A stretch of DNA of 37,722 nucleotides from an uncultured Bacilli bacterium (GTDB lineage Bacteria > Bacillota_I > Bacilli_A > RF39 > UBA660): NCBI GenBank assembly GCA_947632735.1, contig CANRQG010000002.1, positions 1-37,722 of the forward strand, in the 5' to 3' direction. The notes below the pieces were generated by a model. The model was not told where the DNA came from, made no database searches, and was given only the letters and a program-made list of their open reading frames with translations. A program made the translations under genes and the position numbers. The stretch's first letter is position 1; each line of letters opens with the position of its first letter. Shown in pieces: positions 22,572-30,572 of this stretch.

Positions 22572-24358
22572 GTACAGGTTTAAGAAGTCAAATTGCGCCA
22601 AAAGGCCTACATTTTTCACCAAGTGATTTTATAATTAGTGATAAATACGCAACCATTATGACCGTTGTATCATATCCAAAATACATTATGCCCGGTTACC
22701 TATCATCACTAACTAATATGTCTGGTATTAAAGTTGTTGTTAAACATATACCAGTTCCTTTCCAAGAAATGTCAAAAATGCTTAATAAACAAGTAGCTGA
22801 ATTAAAAGAAAGATACCAAAATGAAAGAGACCAAACCGTTCGTGAAAGAGTAAGACAAGATGCCGAAAGTTTGGAATACTTTACCTCTATGCTTGCTGGT
22901 AGTCAAGCTAGAATATTCGACTTCCAAATGCACATTATGATAACAGCCGATACTAAAGAAGAATTGGAATTAAAGAAAGTAAATGTCAAAAACTACTTAG
23001 ATGCTATGGAACTAAGAGCCGTTTCTCTACGTTTTGAACAAGAAAAAGTCTTAAAATCCATTATTCCAATTTTCCCATCACAAGATGTTGAACAAAGAAT
23101 TGGAACCCCAATTCCCTCTGTTACTATTTCCGCTATGTATCCTTTTATCTTTGATAGTATAAAAGACCCAGGACTTTCAACTTTACTTGGTGTTGACTTT
23201 TCTGGCGGTGTAATTTTATTCAACCAATTCTTATATAAAATAAGAAAAGAAAATAACCGTAACAATGCCAATATGATTATTCTTGGTACATCAGGTTCCG
23301 GAAAATCAACTGCGGCAAAACTTATGTTAAGAACTCACATTAGAAACGGTTGTCAAATAGTTATTGTCGACCCCGAAGATGAATATCGAGAAATAGCAAG
23401 AACCTATGGAGGCGATATCGTCGACATAGCTAAAGGTGGCGAATTTGGTTTAATTAACCCTCTAGAAGTTGTCATCGATGCTGATGAAGAAGAAATAAAA
23501 CAGGGCCTTGGCTATACCGTATTAACAAGAACACTTCAATTTCTTAAAGCCTTTATGAAATATTATGACCCATCTATTGAAGAAGATGTCTTAACAATGT
23601 TTAGTGAAATAGTACAAGATACTTATAAACGTTTTGGAATAGACTTCAATACCGATTTTTCTAGATACACATCAAGTGATTATCCAACCTTTAGTGATGT
23701 TTATGCCACTATTAGAGGTCGCTTAATGTCAATGACAGAACAAACCCAAGAAAGAGATATTATGGAACGTCTAGAACTAAAAGTAAGACCAATTACTAAA
23801 GAACTAAAATTCTATTTTGATGGTCATACAACAATTAGACGTGATAGTGACTTTATGGTCTTTAACATCAAAGAACTAATGAATAGTGACTCTACAGTTA
23901 GAAATGCCTTATTCTTTAACGTTTTAAAATATGCTTGGGGTCTATGTCTTGATTATAATGTTGATACCGTATTAATGATTGATGAAGCCCACGTCCTTTT
24001 AGGTGACAACAACGCTCTAGGAGCAGACTTCCTAGCTCAAGTTCAAAGACGTGCTCGTAAATACAATACTGGTACAATTATCATTACTCAACAACCAAGT
24101 GACTTTGCTGACCAAGCTGTTATTACTCAGGGTAAAGCTATTTTCGATAACTCATCTTATTACCTAGTAATGGGTCTTAGAAAACAAGCTGTTGAAGACT
24201 TGGCTTTATTAATAGATTTAAATGATAGTGAAAAAGAAAGTATTAAACACTATTCTCAGGGCGAAGCTTTATTCGTCTGTGGAAATAGACGTATGAGAAT
24301 AAATATTGCAGTTACCCAAGAAGAATTAGATTCCTTTGGTAGTGGTGGAGGACTATAA
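22568..24358 (+). CDS. virB4: VirB4-family T4SS ATPase, middle and C-terminal ATPase domains
   Basis: 596 aa. Motifs are Walker A GTSGSGKST (nt 23285-23311) and Walker B VLMIDEAH (from nt 23969). The segment IISDKYATIMTVVSYPKYIMPGYLSSL is typical of the VirB4 middle region. The combined length with 22023..22571 is 778 aa, the size of a full VirB4. Confidence 0.85.
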   Translation: MSTGLRSQIAPKGLHFSPSDFIISDKYATIMTVVSYPKYIMPGYLSSLTNMSGIKVVVKHIPVPFQEMSKMLNKQVAELKERYQNERDQTVRERVRQDAESLEYFTSMLAGSQARIFDFQMHIMITADTKEELELKKVNVKNYLDAMELRAVSLRFEQEKVLKSIIPIFPSQDVEQRIGTPIPSVTISAMYPFIFDSIKDPGLSTLLGVDFSGGVILFNQFLYKIRKENNRNNANMIILGTSGSGKSTAAKLMLRTHIRNGCQIVIVDPEDEYREIARTYGGDIVDIAKGGEFGLINPLEVVIDADEEEIKQGLGYTVLTRTLQFLKAFMKYYDPSIEEDVLTMFSEIVQDTYKRFGIDFNTDFSRYTSSDYPTFSDVYATIRGRLMSMTEQTQERDIMERLELKVRPITKELKFYFDGHTTIRRDSDFMVFNIKELMNSDSTVRNALFFNVLKYAWGLCLDYNVDTVLMIDEAHVLLGDNNALGADFLAQVQRRARKYNTGTIIITQQPSDFADQAVITQGKAIFDNSSYYLVMGLRKQAVEDLALLIDLNDSEKESIKHYSQGEALFVCGNRRMRINIAVTQEELDSFGSGGGL

Positions 24359-24385
24359 AATAAAAAAGAAGTAAGGTGATGTATT

Positions 24386-26749
24386 ATGTCATATGAAAGT
24401 AGACGAAATAATAACGAAATTAATACGCCTAAAACCCATAATAAGACTAATAATACAAGCCTACCTTCACCTAAAGAAAGAGAAAGAAGACAACGAGAAA
24501 AATCTTCATCCAAAGCCATTAAAGGAGCCGCAACAGGAGCCGCTAATGCCTTTGCTGGCCCTGTAGGTGGCAAAGCCGTTGACTTAGCTTCAAAAACAAA
24601 AACAGGTCAACAACTTTTAAATAAAGGTGGCCAAGTTTTAAATAAAATGCCTGGTGTAGGAAAAACTTTAAATAAAATAGATAATCTGACTAATAAAGCT
24701 AAACCTATACCATCTAAAGAAAATAATAATATTAATCAAGCTACTCCCACTAATAATAACCCTAATTCTGATGAACAAAATAATATTCCTAATCAAAATA
24801 ATAATATAGAAAACAAAGGCCCAGGCTATCCACCATCTCCAGTTGCCGAACAAAGTGATTCAGAAGCTGATACAAACTCTTCTCCTCGAATAGCCGGTCT
24901 AGGACCTTTTTCAAGAAAAAATAATTCCAAGGATAAAGAAAATTCTAATGAAGAAGAAACAACCACTGCTCCAGGAAAAGTAGCTGGTCGTTTTATGATG
25001 TCAATTGGTGCTAAAATAGTTCTCCTAGTCGCTCCAATAGTTATCATAATTGTTATAATTGTTTCCTTAGTTGGTAGTGTAGTAGGTGGTGTTGGTGACT
25101 TTGTTGACGCCTTAGGCGCAATGTTTACCGCTGGTGGCGAAACTGGTGATGTTGAAGTTGCGGCCCCTACAAAAGAACAAGAAGATTTTTATAATCGCAT
25201 AAATGATGTCAAATTAGAATATCAAGCTAATGGTAAAAGTGTTGACCCTTTAAAAATTGCCGCTGTCTATCGTATCTTTTTCTCAGAAAAAGTTAAATAT
25301 GGTTATAAAGATATGACCGAAGAAATAATCAAAGATATTGCCGACTGTATGTTTATGGGAAATAGTTACGATGAAGACGTTTTTAAAGAAAATCTAACTG
25401 AATATCTAATACCTAAATATTATCCTAAATCATCTGATGATGAAAGAGAAGAAATAGTTAATGAAATTTTTGAATATATGGAAAGTTACTATAGCCTTAT
25501 TGGTGAAGAAACTGATTCTGCTTGTGCTTCCGTTGGAACTTGTATCTATGATATAAAAGGCTTTTACATACCTGTTACAGGTAATATAAATAAAAGTATG
25601 AACATTTCTAATTTAATGGTTCGTCTAATGGAATGTGGTCCTCCCTATGGAACAGGAAATGATAATACCCCAATAGACCAGCCTCTAGTTCCATTTGAAG
25701 ACTACATTATGGGTGTAGCTTACGGTGAAGTTTATACGACCTATGACGATGAAGCCATCAAAGCCCAAATGGTCGCCGCTAGAAGTTATGCTCTATCCCG
25801 TGCAACCTCTGTTGGTAACGCAGGCGGCAAAAAATTAGAACAAGAAGATGGCGAGTGGATATTACAAATATCATCTTGTGTTGCCGACCAAGTCTTTTGT
25901 AATGTTGATGAAGGCTGTTCCTATATGGGTGGTGGCGATGGTCAAGGTGGTATTGTTCGTAGTGGTATTATTCCTGGTGCTGTTAGAACTATGCCAGCCT
26001 TGCCAGCTGACCATAAATTACGTGCTTTAGCCGCTGAAGTTCAGGGCGAAGTATTAGTAAATAATCAGGGTAACATTATGTATACCGGTTTTGGTAGTGG
26101 AACCCAACGAAAAATGAATGAGTTAGCTCAAAATGGTTTAAATTATCGGCAAATTTTAATGGAACTTTACGGCAGTGCTGGAGCAACTGACATCGAAAAA
26201 GGAAATTGTAATACTGGCGACTCTTGTAGTTCTTTCTCATCATCAGGACCTTATGCTAGCTGGAAACAATATACTGGTCCGTGGACCGATGTTCCTCTAG
26301 GTAAAAGTGACCAAACAATTAAGAGTGCTGGTTGTTTAGTCACATCAGTTGCTATGCTAATCGCTAAAAGTGGCGTACCTACCAAAATCGAGGACTTTAA
26401 CCCAGGAACTTTCGTTGAATTCTTAAATAAAAACAATGGCTTTTCAGGTGCCAACTTCCTTTGGGCTAGTGTCTCTTCAGTTGCGCCATCCTTTACATAT
26501 CAAGGAAAAGTAAACGTCACTGGAAAAACGAAAAAAGAAAAAAAGAATATCCTAGAAGGACTTCTTCAAAGTGGTAACTATGTAGTAGCGGAAGTAAAAG
26601 GTTCAACAGGTCAGCACTGGGTTGCGATAGATGGCATATCTGCTGATGGAAAAATTTTAATGATGGACCCAGGTAGTGATGCAACCGATATGTGGGGTCA
26701 ATATTCGTGGAAAAATACCAGCCAATTTTCTTATTTTAGTGTTAATTAA
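24386..26749 (+). CDS. membrane-anchored bifunctional cell-wall hydrolase (SpoIID/LytB-like domain plus papain-like Cys peptidase), VirB1/PrgK analog
   Basis: 787 aa. It has a disordered N/K-rich N-terminus and a TM (aa ~205-235). The segment DYIMGVAYGEV...EAIKAQMVAARSYALSRA (A460 at nt 25763) resembles the SpoIID/LytB motif. The C-terminal KSAGCLVTSVAM (Cys650, nt 26333) and GQHWVAIDG (His744, nt 26615) suggest a Cys/His peptidase. Confidence 0.6.
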   Translation: MSYESRRNNNEINTPKTHNKTNNTSLPSPKERERRQREKSSSKAIKGAATGAANAFAGPVGGKAVDLASKTKTGQQLLNKGGQVLNKMPGVGKTLNKIDNLTNKAKPIPSKENNNINQATPTNNNPNSDEQNNIPNQNNNIENKGPGYPPSPVAEQSDSEADTNSSPRIAGLGPFSRKNNSKDKENSNEEETTTAPGKVAGRFMMSIGAKIVLLVAPIVIIIVIIVSLVGSVVGGVGDFVDALGAMFTAGGETGDVEVAAPTKEQEDFYNRINDVKLEYQANGKSVDPLKIAAVYRIFFSEKVKYGYKDMTEEIIKDIADCMFMGNSYDEDVFKENLTEYLIPKYYPKSSDDEREEIVNEIFEYMESYYSLIGEETDSACASVGTCIYDIKGFYIPVTGNINKSMNISNLMVRLMECGPPYGTGNDNTPIDQPLVPFEDYIMGVAYGEVYTTYDDEAIKAQMVAARSYALSRATSVGNAGGKKLEQEDGEWILQISSCVADQVFCNVDEGCSYMGGGDGQGGIVRSGIIPGAVRTMPALPADHKLRALAAEVQGEVLVNNQGNIMYTGFGSGTQRKMNELAQNGLNYRQILMELYGSAGATDIEKGNCNTGDSCSSFSSSGPYASWKQYTGPWTDVPLGKSDQTIKSAGCLVTSVAMLIAKSGVPTKIEDFNPGTFVEFLNKNNGFSGANFLWASVSSVAPSFTYQGKVNVTGKTKKEKKNILEGLLQSGNYVVAEVKGSTGQHWVAIDGISADGKILMMDPGSDATDMWGQYSWKNTSQFSYFSVN

Positions 26750-26760
26750 AGGAGAAATCT

Positions 26761-27537
26761 ATGCGCAAAAAAAGAACTTATATCATATTGTTAATTATTC
26801 TAGTAGCTTATTTTTTAGTTCTCTATCTTTTTATTGGAAAAGATAATCTAAAAAAAGAGTCTTTTTCCACAACTATTATGGTAGGGGATAATACCGTTTG
26901 GGCTCTTTCCGGTAAAAGATGGCTAAATATTACTAAACAAAGCTCTATTGATAGCTTAAACTGGCAGAAATTTACTGTCTTTGTCGATAATGAGAACCTA
27001 GGTAGAAACTATGTTTGGCACGATGATAAGTGGTATATTTTCGATAAAAATAAAAATGCTGTTGTAAAAACTGGTAAATTTCTTGCTTATCAAGCTAATT
27101 ATAAAATAAACGTTTTAAACTATGAAGAAGAAAATATTACTGACCTAACTTATGTAAATAAAGTTCTAGAAGAAAATAATCTGTCTTCACCGTTCACAGC
27201 CAGTAGTAAAACAACCCTTGACATTGATAATGACAATATCAAAGAAGACTTTTACATAATTAGTAATGCCTTTGCTGACGAATTTGTCCCTGATACCTTA
27301 TTTTCCATTGTCTTTATGGTTAAAAATGACAAAATCTATTATATTTATAAAGATATTTCCACTAATGACTTAGACTATAAGGAATGTAAACCATACTTTA
27401 ATTACTTTTTAGATATTGATGATGATAAAACTTATGAAATGATTCTTAGTTGTGGTAGATATAGCATTAAAGAAGAAATTAATATGCTCTATAGCTATAC
27501 CAAAGATGGTTTTAAAATAATTATCTCTAATCAATAA
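26761..27537 (+). CDS. N-terminally anchored hypothetical protein in the PrgL/TcpC (VirB8-like) position
   Basis: 258 aa with a single N-terminal TM and a beta-rich ectodomain. It follows the hydrolase gene as prgL follows prgK in pCF10. I saw no motif-level support. Confidence 0.3.
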   Translation: MRKKRTYIILLIILVAYFLVLYLFIGKDNLKKESFSTTIMVGDNTVWALSGKRWLNITKQSSIDSLNWQKFTVFVDNENLGRNYVWHDDKWYIFDKNKNAVVKTGKFLAYQANYKINVLNYEEENITDLTYVNKVLEENNLSSPFTASSKTTLDIDNDNIKEDFYIISNAFADEFVPDTLFSIVFMVKNDKIYYIYKDISTNDLDYKECKPYFNYFLDIDDDKTYEMILSCGRYSIKEEINMLYSYTKDGFKIIISNQ

Positions 27538-27542
27538 AATTC

Positions 27543-27571
27543 TTGCTAAAAATAAAATAGTAGTGTATAAT
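27543..27571 (+). promoter_or_regulatory. candidate sigma-A promoter
   Basis: TTGCTA (27543-27548), a 17-nt spacer, then TATAAT (27566-27571). Confidence 0.5.
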
Positions 27572-27596
27572 AAGGCTCGATTAGGGGGCTAAATAT

Positions 27597-28061
27597 ATGA
27601 GTAAAGAAAATTTACCTGAATTAAAAGAATTATCTAATGACCAAAAAGACGAGTTAATAGAAACATTACACGAAGCCAATAAACAACTTTATAAAAGAGG
27701 TGTCTTAGTAATTGTTTGTAGTGGTCTTCTTGCCTTAGTCGGAACACATTATGGCTATAAAGAAGGAAGAAAACAAACAGAAACTGATAATTACTTATCA
27801 GCTATAAAAACCTATAATCTTCTTCAAGATAAAATCGACGCTAACTTAACTTTTCCTTTTTCCGATATTTTAAGTCAATTTAATGACTATGAGTACTACT
27901 TAATGACTAATAAAGGAGAAGAAACAGCTGAAGCAAATAAAGCACTTAATGAGTATTTCCAATTAGTTAGTCTTTATAATGAAGAATTTTTAGAATTATT
28001 TTCTTCTAATATTTCAGAAGAACAAGATGCTACCTTAGTAAAGATATATCAAAATAAGTAA
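27597..28061 (+). CDS. hypothetical single-pass membrane protein
   Basis: 154 aa with an AGGGGG RBS and one central TM ([19 protein letters not shown]). I recognised no family. Confidence 0.5.
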   Translation: MSKENLPELKELSNDQKDELIETLHEANKQLYKRGVLVIVCSGLLALVGTHYGYKEGRKQTETDNYLSAIKTYNLLQDKIDANLTFPFSDILSQFNDYEYYLMTNKGEETAEANKALNEYFQLVSLYNEEFLELFSSNISEEQDATLVKIYQNK

Positions 28062-28122
28062 ACTTTTTCTTGAAAATATTGAAAATTTTGATATAATACC
28101 TATAGACGTAAGGAGGGATATT

Positions 28123-28287
28123 ATGGCTAAAGTAGGAAATAGACAATTAAAAACTCTAGTATGTAGTGAATGTAAAGAAGAAAACTATAGAGAAGAAAGA
28201 AATGTAAAAAATACAACAGAACGTCTTGAATTAAATAGATACTGTCCTAGATGCAGAAAACATACAGTACATAAGGAGAAAAAGTAA
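28123..28287 (+). CDS. rpmG: 50S ribosomal protein L33 (54 aa, not in the ORF track)
   Basis: The sequence is [54 protein letters not shown]. It has the CxxC...CxxC zinc knuckle and the L33 signature. AAGGAGGG lies 7 nt upstream. A TTGAAA-16-TGaTATAAT promoter is just upstream. Confidence 0.9.
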   Translation: MAKVGNRQLKTLVCSECKEENYREERNVKNTTERLELNRYCPRCRKHTVHKEKK

Positions 28288-28312
28288 AAATAAGTTAAAT
28301 CTTATTTTTTAT
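28286..28312 (+). terminator. weak terminator-like hairpin after rpmG
   Basis: aaaaataag (28286-28294) pairs with cttattttt (28301-28309) in an almost all-A:U stem, followed by a T-run. Confidence 0.3.
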
Positions 28313-28361
28313 ATACTAGGAATTTTCTAATTATTTTGTAGAAAATATAGAGGGTGAGAAA

Positions 28362-28919
28362 ATGATAAGTACAAATGATTTAAAAAATGGTGTTACTATT
28401 CTTTACGAGGGTAATATCTACGTTGTTATGGAAACACAACACGTAAAGCCAGGAAAAGGTGCCGCAATTGTTAAAGCTAAACTTAAAAATTTAAGAACAG
28501 GAGCCATCTTTGAACAAACATTTAATGCTGGTGTCAAAGTCGCAACAGCTCGTATTGAAAAACAACTAATGCAATACTTATACAATATGAATGATGTTTA
28601 TTACTTTATGAATATGGATACTTATGAACAGTTAGAATTAAATTCATCCGCAATTGGTGATGATGCTAAGTACTTAAAAGAAAACTTAGAAGTTTATATC
28701 ACTAGTTATGAGGGTGAAGTACTAGGTCTAGACTTACCAGATAAAGTAGAACTTGTTGTTACTCATACAGAACCGGCTGTTAAAGGTAATACAACAACTA
28801 ATGCCTTAAAAGATGCTGAATGTGAAACAGGTTTAATCGTTAGAGTTCCATTATTTATTGAAGAACAAGAAAAAATAATTATTTCAACAAGTGATGGTAA
28901 ATATGTATCAAGAGCATAG
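28362..28919 (+). CDS. efp: translation elongation factor P
   Basis: 185 aa. MISTNDLKNGVTILYEGNIYVVMETQHVKPGKGAAIVKAKLKNLRTG is the canonical EF-P N-terminus, including the KPGKG loop. Confidence 0.95.
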   Translation: MISTNDLKNGVTILYEGNIYVVMETQHVKPGKGAAIVKAKLKNLRTGAIFEQTFNAGVKVATARIEKQLMQYLYNMNDVYYFMNMDTYEQLELNSSAIGDDAKYLKENLEVYITSYEGEVLGLDLPDKVELVVTHTEPAVKGNTTTNALKDAECETGLIVRVPLFIEEQEKIIISTSDGKYVSRA

Positions 28920-28936
28920 AAATATGCTTTTTTTTC
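28913..28936 (+). terminator. terminator overlapping the efp stop codon
   Basis: The 6-bp stem agcata / tatgct (28913-28918 / 28023-28028 equivalent positions 28923-28928) has a 4-nt loop and is followed by T8. Confidence 0.4.
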
Positions 28937-28965
28937 TTGTCAAAGGCTTCTTTCTTTGCTACAAT
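28937..28965 (+). promoter_or_regulatory. candidate sigma-A promoter
   Basis: TTGTCA (28937-28942), a 17-nt spacer, then TACAAT (28960-28965). Confidence 0.5.
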
Positions 28966-28991
28966 TAAGTAAAATAGAAAGGGATTAATAT

Positions 28992-29564
28992 ATGACAAAA
29001 AAAGAAGAAATTTATAATGATAGTTGGCTTTATTCCTTAGTTTTAGCAACTCTCGTAATATTTTTAGAAGCCTTAAAGAAATATACGTTTGAAATATTTA
29101 ATGTTAATTTAACCTATGCCTTATTCTTGTTACCGGCAGTTTACTTAATTACTAATTATATAACTAAAAAATATGGTTATAAAAAATGTGTTGTTTCTAT
29201 CGTCGCATCAGCCTTAGCTTTAGTTTTATTTCATACTATAATTAGTCTAATTTTAAATTCTAGTTTAAAATTAGAAAATATCGGTGGGGAATTTTGTGGC
29301 TATGTCATAAGCCAATTCGTTAACTTAACAATTTATACATTCTTACTCAATAACACCAAAATAAATTATTTCTTTACCGTAATTAATTATCTTTTTGCTC
29401 TAATAATTAATTATATGTTTTATACCTTAATTTATTTAAATAAAGTAGTCCTAGATAACTTTTGGAAAGGCTACTTCATAACTTTAATTATTCAAACTAT
29501 AATTTGCTTAATAATTGGAGTACTTGATGTAAAAATAAAAAGAGGCAAAGAAAAAGATGCCTAA
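28992..29564 (+). CDS. VUT-family (YhhQ/DUF165-like) membrane protein, possible queuosine-precursor transporter
   Basis: 190 aa with 5-6 TM helices. LFLLPAVYLITNYITKKYGYKK and SQFVNLTIY loosely fit the fPxxYxxxDxxxExYG and QxxD patterns I recall for this family, but with the acidic residues substituted. The family call is low-confidence. Confidence 0.4.
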   Translation: MTKKEEIYNDSWLYSLVLATLVIFLEALKKYTFEIFNVNLTYALFLLPAVYLITNYITKKYGYKKCVVSIVASALALVLFHTIISLILNSSLKLENIGGEFCGYVISQFVNLTIYTFLLNNTKINYFFTVINYLFALIINYMFYTLIYLNKVVLDNFWKGYFITLIIQTIICLIIGVLDVKIKRGKEKDA

Positions 29565-29659
29565 ACATCTTTAGCATAAAAGGTGAATAAGCATCTTTTT
29601 TTATTGAAAAATGTGACTAAACTTTTCATTCTTGTAAAATTTGCCTAGACATCTTTTTG

Positions 29660-29699
29660 GAAACTGCTTTCAAGACTAGAATTTGAAGCAGTTTTTTTC
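29660..29699 (+). terminator. strong rho-independent terminator in the convergent intergenic region
   Basis: aaactgctt(t)caa (29661-29673) pairs with ttgaagcagttt (29683-29694), giving 12 bp with one bulge, followed by T7. Confidence 0.65.
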
Positions 29700-29711
29700 T
29701 TTCTAAAGGAA

Positions 29712-30404
29712 TTATATTATCGAAATTAATGTTAAAGCAAAATTATGAAACATATGCATACAAATAGATGTAAATATAGTATCGGTCTTATAATCAGCTA
29801 AAGCAAAAGTAAGCCCCATCGCTCCATAGGGAATAATATATAAATAATCAGCCCAAGAAGAAACATTGCCAATTACGTGTACTAAACCAAATATTAAAAA
29901 TGATAAAAAGCTAAAAACATATTTATTCTTAAAAATATCCATCAAAGTTTTTCTAAAAACGATTTCCTCATTAATCGGTGCAATAAACGCTGCATCAATA
30001 AGCATCATAAATGGTAAAGTAGAAATCATTTTCTGTACAGCTTGTTCATTACCCGCACCACCTGTTTTAAAAACCAAATTAATTATTACATTAGAAACTA
30101 TCATAATAAATAAACCTACTGTCCAGTAATTAAACCCAACATTAAGATTAGAAACTATATCTTTCTTAAACTTCTTAAAATCTTTTCCTAATTCTTTTCT
30201 ATACATTAATATTAAAATAATTAATAAACATATGTTAGCAAAAATATTTAATAATACATTATTAGACATAGTCAATTTTTTTACATCTAATCTAAAAATA
30301 ATTATTGGAATATATTGAAATAAATAACTTTCATTAAAAAGAATGAATACTACTATTAATTTAAAAATATTCTTTATTAAAGTCTTTTTTTGCACATTAA
30401 TCAC
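29712..30404 (-). CDS. CPBP-family intramembrane glutamic endopeptidase (CAAX protease-like)
   Basis: It is polytopic, with the motifs INEEIVFRKTL, FGLVHV and HMFHN in the CPBP order. A GTG at 30395 with AGGTGA 5 nt upstream is a better start than the GTG at 30404. Confidence 0.8.
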   Translation of the reverse strand: MINVQKKTLIKNIFKLIVVFILFNESYLFQYIPIIIFRLDVKKLTMSNNVLLNIFANICLLIILILMYRKELGKDFKKFKKDIVSNLNVGFNYWTVGLFIMIVSNVIINLVFKTGGAGNEQAVQKMISTLPFMMLIDAAFIAPINEEIVFRKTLMDIFKNKYVFSFLSFLIFGLVHVIGNVSSWADYLYIIPYGAMGLTFALADYKTDTIFTSICMHMFHNFALTLISII

Positions 30405-30458
30405 CTAATAATAATATAACACAAATTTTCCTTTAAATATTACAAAAACATCTTTTTC

Positions 30459-30487
30459 TTGCATATAATGTATATTTATTGTATAAT
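30459..30487 (+). promoter_or_regulatory. sigma-A promoter of rpsO
   Basis: TTGCAT (30459-30464), a 17-nt spacer, then TATAAT (30482-30487). Confidence 0.6.
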
Positions 30488-30493
30488 ACAACT

Positions 30494-30572
30494 AGCTTAC
30501 TGGTACTCAGTTTGAAGAATTTTCCGACTTCTTACTTGGTAGTAGCGAATTTATAAGAAAGGAAGTGTTACT
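30494..30572 (+). promoter_or_regulatory. rpsO 5' leader, candidate S15 autoregulatory element
   Basis: The leader is about 80 nt. It has the direct repeat cttacTGGTA (30496-30505) / cttacTTGGTA (30531-30541) flanking a short aagaa/ttctt hairpin. S15 autoregulation through its own leader is established in several phyla. I did not verify the structure here. Confidence 0.3.

Noticed and set aside
3191-28061. Interpreting the island as an integrative conjugative element or prophage
   Set aside because: No integrase or recombinase, relaxase, coupling ATPase, replication, capsid or terminase genes are present. There is no tRNA at either edge and no convincing flanking direct repeats. The similar short strings at the edges (cttttctta near 3210, ctttttcttga near 28062) are what AT-rich DNA yields by chance.
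28921-28991. preQ1 riboswitch upstream of the VUT-like transporter gene
   Set aside because: The promoter -10 (28960-28965) leaves only about 20-25 nt of 5' UTR. I found no preQ1-like stem or ACUA-tail motif.
29551-29656. Near-repeat tgcctaaacatcttt (29558-29572) / tgcctagacatcttt (29642-29656), plus gcatcttttt (29591-29600), as an attenuator or duplication scar after the VUT-like gene
   Set aside because: Alternative pairings with aaaaagatgc (29551-29560) are possible. However, the region is 3' of the gene, short and AT-rich. I cannot distinguish a regulatory element from terminator debris.
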